Source of the DNA: Prochlorococcus marinus subsp. pastoris str. CCMP1986
Lineage (GTDB): Bacteria > Cyanobacteriota > Cyanobacteriia > PCC-6307 > Cyanobiaceae
NCBI RefSeq assembly: GCF_000011465.1
Contig: NC_005072.1
Span: 690,001-722,000, forward strand
DNA length: 32,000 bases
Direction of reading: 5' to 3'
Shown here in pieces: positions 25,992 through 32,000 of the stretch (positions are counted from its first letter, which is position 1; each line of letters begins with the position of its first letter). The position numbers and the translations under genes were made by a program. The notes beneath the pieces were generated by a model. It saw nothing but the letters and a program-made list of their open reading frames with translations. It had not been told where the DNA came from and made no database searches.

Positions 25992-28448
25992 GTGACTAAT
26001 AATGAAGAATATATTAATTTAATTAAGGATTGGATTAGACCACTTCAAAAAGCTCTTACGCTTGAATCAGAAAATAGATTTACTAATTTACTAGGAAAAA
26101 AACAATATTTTAATGATTATTTAAATAAGTCATTAAGTAATTTAAATAATTTGAAATTAACTAATGAATTTATTAAATTATTTGGTGAATTCTCAAGTAA
26201 ATATTCTGAATATAATGACTTAGACATCAAACAAAGAAAAAGATTAGTAATTGATACTAGAAAAGGTCTACTGAAATTGGGTAAATCTATTAATTTAAAT
26301 TATTCTAATAAATATACAGATAGTTATTATTCAAAAAACATAGATTCTAATCTATCCTTAAACTCAGACATTGGGTTAATAAAAAGTATTGGCAAGATTA
26401 ATAAAAATAAGTTAAATGAATTAGGTATATATTGTATAAAAGACATAATTAATTATTTTCCACGAACTTATCTAGATTATACAAATAGAGTTAAAATAAT
26501 TAATTTAAAACCTGATAATCTATATACCTGTATTGCAACTGTAAAAAAGTTTTACATTTATAAGAGTTCAAACAATAGTAATTTATCAATAATGAATATA
26601 GTGATATTTGATGAGACCTCCTCAATAAAAGTCACGAAATTTTTTTTAGGCAAGAGATTTAGATCTTATTCTTTTTTTTCTTCTCAGAAATCACTATATA
26701 TTCCAGGTACTAAATTAGCGATATCTGGTAAAGTCAAATTATCTGAGTATGGAAAAAATTTTGTAGACCCGCAGATAGAAATTTTAAATACAAATGAAGA
26801 ATCTTTTAATTTCTCTGGTAAGATTATGCCTTTATATTCGCTATCAGAATCATTCTCAAATTTAAGTTTTATAAGATTAATTAAAAGAGTAATTATTTAT
26901 TCAAAACAATATCCAGATATACTCAATCAAAAACAACTTAACTTTTTATCTTTAGTTTCAAAAAGTGATTCTTTAATAAATATTCATTTACCTGTAAATC
27001 AGAATGCTTTGATAGAGTCAAAAAAACGATTAGTTTTCGATGAACTATTTCTATTGCAAATGAAGTTTTTATTAAGAAAAAGGAAGAATAATAAAAAATT
27101 AACTATTCAAAAATCTATTAAAAAGAATTTTTTACTTAAAGATTTTTTAAATAAAGTTCCTTTTCAATTAACAAAATCTCAGGAAAAAGTACTTGATGAA
27201 ATTAAATCTGATTTATCAGATTTAACACCTATGTCGAGACTACTGCAAGGAGATGTTGGCAGTGGTAAAACTATTATTGCAATCGCAACTCTTTTAATTG
27301 AACTTGAAAAAGATCAACAAGGTGCATTAATGGTTCCGACTGAAGTACTTGCCACACAGCACTATAAAAATTTAATACAATTCTTGAACCCACTTTTAGT
27401 TTCTGTAGAACTTCTTACAGGTAATACCCCACAGAAAAAGAGAAAAGAAATACTTACAAACTTAAAAAATGGAATGGTAGATATTCTCGTAGGTACGCAT
27501 GCATTATTTGAAGATAAAGTAGTTTTTAATTCATTAGGGATGGTAGTCATAGATGAACAGCATAGGTTTGGTGTTACACAAAGAAATCGATTACTTAACA
27601 AAGGAGATAATACTAATTTATTATCAATGACAGCTACTCCCATACCTAGGACTCTCGCGTTGTCACTATATGGTGATTTAGATATTAGTCAGATTACAGA
27701 ACTCCCTCCAGGAAGAGTCCCAATAACAACAAAAATTATTTCAGAAGAAGAGTTAAATAAACTATTTAAACGTGTTGAGAATGAGATAGATAAAGGGAAG
27801 CAAGCTTATGTAATTTTGCCATTAATTGAAGATTCTGAAAAAATGAATTTAAGTTCTGCAAAAAAGATTTATCAATATTTATCAGAGGAAATTTTTTTAA
27901 AAAATAAGGTTGGACTATTACATGGAAAATTAAATTCTGAAGAGAAGAATAATGTCATTAATTCTTTTGTAAATAATGAAGTAAATATATTGGTCTCTAC
28001 CACAGTTATTGAGGTAGGAATTGATGTGCCTAATGCTTCAATTATGATTATTTATAATTCAGAAAGATTTGGTTTGTCTCAATTACACCAGTTACGAGGG
28101 AGAGTTGGGAGAGGATCCCAAAAATCATTTTGTTACTTAGTGACTTCTGAAAATAATGGATTAGAAAATAAAAGGTTACGTGTATTAGAAAAATCTAATG
28201 ATGGTTTTTATATCGCGGAAAAAGACTTGGAACTTAGAGGTCCTGGCCAACTCTTGGGATATAAGCAGTCGGGATTACCCGATTTTGTATTGGATAACTT
28301 ACCAAATAATAAAGTTTTAATTGAAAAGGCTAGAGAAGAGGCTCAAAGGGTATTAAAGGAAGATCCTGACTTAAGAGAAAATATTTTATTAAAAGATTTG
28401 CTAATAGATAATTCTAACAATAAATTTATTCATGACTTCTTAAATTAA
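25992..28448 (+). CDS. recG: ATP-dependent DNA helicase RecG
   Basis: FQLTKSQEKVLDEI, LLQGDVGSGKTIIA, VIDEQHRFGVTQR, LSMTATPIPRTLALSLYGDLDIS, QLRGRVGRG. Confidence 0.97.
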   Translation: MTNNEEYINLIKDWIRPLQKALTLESENRFTNLLGKKQYFNDYLNKSLSNLNNLKLTNEFIKLFGEFSSKYSEYNDLDIKQRKRLVIDTRKGLLKLGKSINLNYSNKYTDSYYSKNIDSNLSLNSDIGLIKSIGKINKNKLNELGIYCIKDIINYFPRTYLDYTNRVKIINLKPDNLYTCIATVKKFYIYKSSNNSNLSIMNIVIFDETSSIKVTKFFLGKRFRSYSFFSSQKSLYIPGTKLAISGKVKLSEYGKNFVDPQIEILNTNEESFNFSGKIMPLYSLSESFSNLSFIRLIKRVIIYSKQYPDILNQKQLNFLSLVSKSDSLINIHLPVNQNALIESKKRLVFDELFLLQMKFLLRKRKNNKKLTIQKSIKKNFLLKDFLNKVPFQLTKSQEKVLDEIKSDLSDLTPMSRLLQGDVGSGKTIIAIATLLIELEKDQQGALMVPTEVLATQHYKNLIQFLNPLLVSVELLTGNTPQKKRKEILTNLKNGMVDILVGTHALFEDKVVFNSLGMVVIDEQHRFGVTQRNRLLNKGDNTNLLSMTATPIPRTLALSLYGDLDISQITELPPGRVPITTKIISEEELNKLFKRVENEIDKGKQAYVILPLIEDSEKMNLSSAKKIYQYLSEEIFLKNKVGLLHGKLNSEEKNNVINSFVNNEVNILVSTTVIEVGIDVPNASIMIIYNSERFGLSQLHQLRGRVGRGSQKSFCYLVTSENNGLENKRLRVLEKSNDGFYIAEKDLELRGPGQLLGYKQSGLPDFVLDNLPNNKVLIEKAREEAQRVLKEDPDLRENILLKDLLIDNSNNKFIHDFLN

Positions 28449-28506
28449 AACTTTTAATTGTTAATTTTTAAATTTATGCAAATATAAAATCAACAGACAA
28501 AGTTCA

Positions 28507-29193
28507 TTGAAAATTTGGAATGAGATCCCAATTGAAGAGAATAAAGAGAAATTAATTGCAATACCAAGTTGTTTTAAATTTATTAATCCTCATCCTTACT
28601 ATGATCTAGGTGCTCCTTATAATGAAAAAAAGTCCATTTGGAGATTAAGAGAAGAAGTTGTAAAGAGATTAATAAAAGTAAATGACTTTTTAAAATTAAA
28701 AAATAATAGTTTATCCCTTTTGATTTATGACAGTTGGCGTCCTATCGAAGTTCAAAAATTTATGTTTAATAGAGCTTTTATTTTGGAATGTGAAAGGCTA
28801 GATATTGATGCTTCTGAAAAAGATATGGAACGATATCCCATAGTTAAAAAAAATGTTGAGAAATTTTGGGCATATCCTTCGTTCGATGAAAGATGTCCAC
28901 CACCACATTCAACTGGAGGTGCTTTAGATATCACTTTGGCCGATATGTATGGAAATATTATATATATGGGAAGTAATATTGATCAGATGGATGATAAATC
29001 AAAACCAGATTTTTATAATAACATTGACAATGAAGATGCAATTATCTGGAATGATAGAAGAAAGTTACTAAAAGAAATTATGATTAAATTTGAATTTGCG
29101 CAGCATCCAAATGAGTGGTGGCATTTTAGTTATGGAGATCAACTATGGGCTTGGAAGAATAGAAAGCCTAATGCTTTGTATGGGAAAATATGA
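28507..29193 (+). CDS. VanX-type D-alanyl-D-alanine dipeptidase (peptidase M15D)
   Basis: YDSWRPIEVQKFMF, HHSTGGALDITLAD (HxxxxxxD), EWWHFSYGDQLWAW. Confidence 0.9.
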   Translation: MKIWNEIPIEENKEKLIAIPSCFKFINPHPYYDLGAPYNEKKSIWRLREEVVKRLIKVNDFLKLKNNSLSLLIYDSWRPIEVQKFMFNRAFILECERLDIDASEKDMERYPIVKKNVEKFWAYPSFDERCPPPHSTGGALDITLADMYGNIIYMGSNIDQMDDKSKPDFYNNIDNEDAIIWNDRRKLLKEIMIKFEFAQHPNEWWHFSYGDQLWAWKNRKPNALYGKI

Positions 29194-29196
29194 TAT

Positions 29197-30987
29197 TTAA
29201 TTTATCTCGCTTAGTAAATTTGTAATGAAAGATTCCGTTTGATTGTTAATAAAATCCCCAAAATCTTTTTCGGCGCTGCTTTTTTTCCATAATTCTAATA
29301 AAGGTTGAATGGTTCTTTCTAAATCATCAAGTTCCATTCTTTGCAAATATGGTTTAGCTAATCTTTGAAGGTTTTTACTTCCCCCCAACCATAGTTGATA
29401 TTTATTCTGCCCACTCCCAACAAGAGCTAATTCTGCCATATAAGGTCTTGTACATCCATTAGGACATCCTGTCATTCTAAATAATATTGTCTTTTCTATA
29501 TTCATATCAGTTAATAGGTTTTCTATTCTAGTTAGAACTTCAGGTAAAATTCTTTCAGCTTCGGTCATGGCTAGACCACAAAGAGGAAGTGCTGGACAAG
29601 CTAGAGCGTGTCTTTGAATTTCATTGATATCATTAAGATTGTCATATCCGATCTTTTTTAAGGCCTTTTTAATTTTGCTTTTGTTTTTATTGGGGATATT
29701 ACAAAGCAAAATATCTTGATTAGGAGTAAGTCTTAAATAAAGGTCATTTTCTTTAACAAGATCTCTTATTAATGATTTCTTCTTTCCAGAAAGCCTTCCT
29801 GATAATAAAGGTAGTCCAACAAAAAAATAATCTTCATTTTGTTTATGCCAACCTAGATAATCAATTAATTTATTCTCTGGTTCTTTTCTTAAAGGCTTAA
29901 TTTCTTTTCTAAAGTATTTATCTGAAAGTATTTTTTTAAACCATTTAATACCTTTTCTATGCAAAAGGTATTTCATTCTGGAATTTTTCCTTGATTTCCT
30001 ATCTCCATAATCTCTTTGAATGGCAACGATACTTTGGATTAGTTCATATGTGTCTTTATTTTCAACATAACCAAGTGGATCTGCAATTCTTGCAAAGGTC
30101 TCTTCATTATTATGAGTTCGCCCCATACCTCCACCGATGTAAAAATTACATCCTTCGAATGATCCTTCTTTTGAGGTGAACGCAACTATTCCAATATCAT
30201 TAGTGAGAAGGTCAACTGAATTATCACCTGGTACGGTAACAGCACATTTAAACTTTCTTGGTAAGTAGGTTGATCCATATAGAGGTTCTTTTTTAGTCCC
30301 GCTAAAAACATTCTCTTTGAACTGTAATTTCCTATTCTCTTCAATCTCTTTATCTGGTTTTATCGTGTATTCCAAATCCCCGTCAGCCCATAGCTCTAAA
30401 AAGGTTCCTTGCCCGGCCATAGGTGTTAAAAGATCAGCAACTTTTACTGCTAATGTTCTTGCGGTTATGTATTCTGCTGTTTCAAAAGGTGCGGCTGGAG
30501 CCATGACGTTTCTATTGATGTCCCCACAGGCAGCTAAAGTCGAGCCCATGGAATTTACAATAGATTTAATTACTTCCTTCAAATTATCTTTTCTGATCCC
30601 ATGCATTTGGAAGGCTTGTCTAGTTGTCACCCTGAGTGTGCCATTTCCAAGCTTATCAGATAACTCATCTAGAGATAGAAATAAATTTCCTGGGATTTCC
30701 CCACCTGGACTTCTTAGTCTAAGCATCATCTGCCAATCTTTACTTTTACCAGGTTTTCTATTCTCTCTATTATCTTGTTGATAACTTCCATGGAATTTTA
30801 ACAATTGAACGGCATCATTAGTAAAATGATCGCTTTCGTTTTTTAATTCGCTTGCAAGTGGCTCCTTGAGAAATTCGCTGCCTTTCTTGAAATTTTCAAA
30901 TTTAGAAACCTCTAGACCATTTGCCAAACAAACTATCTCTTGTTTCGCGATCTCTTTTTTCTTTTTTACTTTTTCAACCTTGATCAA
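29197..30987 (-). CDS. sir: Ferredoxin-dependent sulfite reductase
   Basis: TLRVTTRQAFQMHGI, ACPALPLCGLAMTEAER and TGCPNGCTRPYMAELALVG siroheme/4Fe-4S cysteine motifs. Confidence 0.93.
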   Translation of the reverse strand: MIKVEKVKKKKEIAKQEIVCLANGLEVSKFENFKKGSEFLKEPLASELKNESDHFTNDAVQLLKFHGSYQQDNRENRKPGKSKDWQMMLRLRSPGGEIPGNLFLSLDELSDKLGNGTLRVTTRQAFQMHGIRKDNLKEVIKSIVNSMGSTLAACGDINRNVMAPAAPFETAEYITARTLAVKVADLLTPMAGQGTFLELWADGDLEYTIKPDKEIEENRKLQFKENVFSGTKKEPLYGSTYLPRKFKCAVTVPGDNSVDLLTNDIGIVAFTSKEGSFEGCNFYIGGGMGRTHNNEETFARIADPLGYVENKDTYELIQSIVAIQRDYGDRKSRKNSRMKYLLHRKGIKWFKKILSDKYFRKEIKPLRKEPENKLIDYLGWHKQNEDYFFVGLPLLSGRLSGKKKSLIRDLVKENDLYLRLTPNQDILLCNIPNKNKSKIKKALKKIGYDNLNDINEIQRHALACPALPLCGLAMTEAERILPEVLTRIENLLTDMNIEKTILFRMTGCPNGCTRPYMAELALVGSGQNKYQLWLGGSKNLQRLAKPYLQRMELDDLERTIQPLLELWKKSSAEKDFGDFINNQTESFITNLLSEIN

Positions 30988-31074
30988 GGGACCAAAACAT
31001 ATCTCTTTTTATACATTAGCGAAAAGCTTATTTAACTGGTAGTAAATTATAGTTGTAATAGCCATAAATTATTC

Positions 31075-32000
31075 TTGTCTAAATATTTACTTGAGATAGG
31101 AACAGAAGAGTTACCATCAAAATTTTCTCATTCTGTAATAAACCAAATCAACTCTCTTATAGAATTTGAATTTGATAAGAAAATTATCAAATTTAATAAT
31201 ATTATTTGCACATCCACACCAAGAAGAATAGTTCTATTTCTAGAGGGATTAGTTGATCATGCGGATGATAAGACAGTAATAAGAAAAGGTCCAAAAGCTA
31301 ATTCTGCATTTCTTAATGGCATACCAACTAATGCTGCTATAGGTTTTGCAAATAGTTTAGGAATTACTATAGATGACTTAGAAATAAGAGAAACAGAAAA
31401 GGGTGAGTTTGTATTTGGAACAAAAATTGAGAAAGGAGAATCTACAAGATCTTCTTTATCTTCAATAATCCCTAAAGTAATAAAAAATTTGCAAGGCCCT
31501 CGTTTTATGAAATGGGGAGGTGGAAGCTTTAAATTTTCAAGACCAATCAGATGGATAGTCTCACTCTACAACGATGAAATTCTTGATTTTGAATTTAATG
31601 AATGTGATCCTAAGATTTCCATAGGCAATACATCAAAAAGTCATAGATTAATTAATAAAGTTATTGAAATACATTCTCCAGATAATTATTTTGAATTAAT
31701 GGCTAAGAATGGAGTTTTTGTTAAAAGAGAAGAAAGAAAAAAAGAAATTGTTAATCTCATAAATCAGGAATCTCAATTGGTGAATTTAGAGCCTGATCTT
31801 TCTGATAATTTACTTAACGAATTAACTGATTTAGTTGAGTCTGCTAATTTATTAACTAGTAACTTTGATAAGCAATTTCTTAATTTGCCTGTTGAGGTTC
31901 TCTCAACTGTAATGAAAAATCACCAAAGATATATTCCTCTTCTTAAAAAAAATAAAACATTTTCTAAATTAGATTTGAGTTCTGAAAAAGTTATAAGTAC
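31075..32000 (+). CDS. glyS: Glycyl-tRNA synthetase beta subunit, 5' part, runs off window (probable TTG start)
   Basis: Hand translation: (M)SKYLLEIGTEELPSKFSHSVINQINS...PRRIVLFLEGL...KGPKANSAF...FMKWGGGSFKFSRPIRWIVSL. In-frame stop at 31033-31035 with no ATG between. Confidence 0.93.
   Translation, partial: MSKYLLEIGTEELPSKFSHSVINQINSLIEFEFDKKIIKFNNIICTSTPRRIVLFLEGLVDHADDKTVIRKGPKANSAFLNGIPTNAAIGFANSLGITIDDLEIRETEKGEFVFGTKIEKGESTRSSLSSIIPKVIKNLQGPRFMKWGGGSFKFSRPIRWIVSLYNDEILDFEFNECDPKISIGNTSKSHRLINKVIEIHSPDNYFELMAKNGVFVKREERKKEIVNLINQESQLVNLEPDLSDNLLNELTDLVESANLLTSNFDKQFLNLPVEVLSTVMKNHQRYIPLLKKNKTFSKLDLSSEKVIS

Noticed and set aside
27362-28934. Minus-strand ORFs 27362..27643 and 28752..28934
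   Set aside because: Antisense to recG and the VanX-like gene respectively.
29991-30781. Plus-strand ORFs 29991..30179 and 30317..30781
   Set aside because: Antisense to the conserved sulfite reductase gene, including a region coding for conserved motifs.
1-32000. CRISPR arrays, retrons, toxin-antitoxin pairs, integrase/transposase or prophage
   Set aside because: No regularly spaced repeats, reverse transcriptase, recombinase or phage structural genes recognised among the ORFs or gaps by eye.

Overview
AT-rich, very compact cyanobacterial chromosome window. Gene content and order suggest a high-light Prochlorococcus or close relative (inference from petN, thf1, sipA, pcyA and the rpsB-tsf-...-recG block). 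Left part (1-8.3 kb): an all-minus run containing the four-gene 'ligase-associated DNA damage response' cassette: metallophosphoesterase PdeM (truncated by the window edge), Lhr-like DExH helicase, ATP-dependent DNA ligase and MBL-fold exonuclease. These are coupled by 0-4 nt junctions. Upstream on the same strand are a small tail-anchored protein, a standalone IF2_N-like protein, a DUF2130 protein and a possible ribbon-helix-helix protein. The 8.5-12.2 kb stretch is dominated by very small ORFs, including a dispersed family of ~60-aa helical proteins. The centre carries petN, thf1, clpP, ftsH, sipA, two M16 peptidases, pcyA and a DevBCA-type ABC exporter. The right part carries a GT2 glycosyltransferase, rpsB, tsf, a hypothetical, recG, a VanX-type dipeptidase, sulfite reductase and the start of glyS. 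Several features are missing from the supplied ORF track because they are short or truncated: pdeM, petN, a 58-aa membrane protein, a 58-aa helical paralog, a 41-aa ORF, a 49-aa basic protein and glyS. No CRISPR array, tRNA, rRNA or transposase was recognised. I did not find a clearly novel multi-gene system. The strongest leads are the repair cassette with its co-directional neighbours, the small-protein family, and an rpsB leader with two mutually exclusive pairings.
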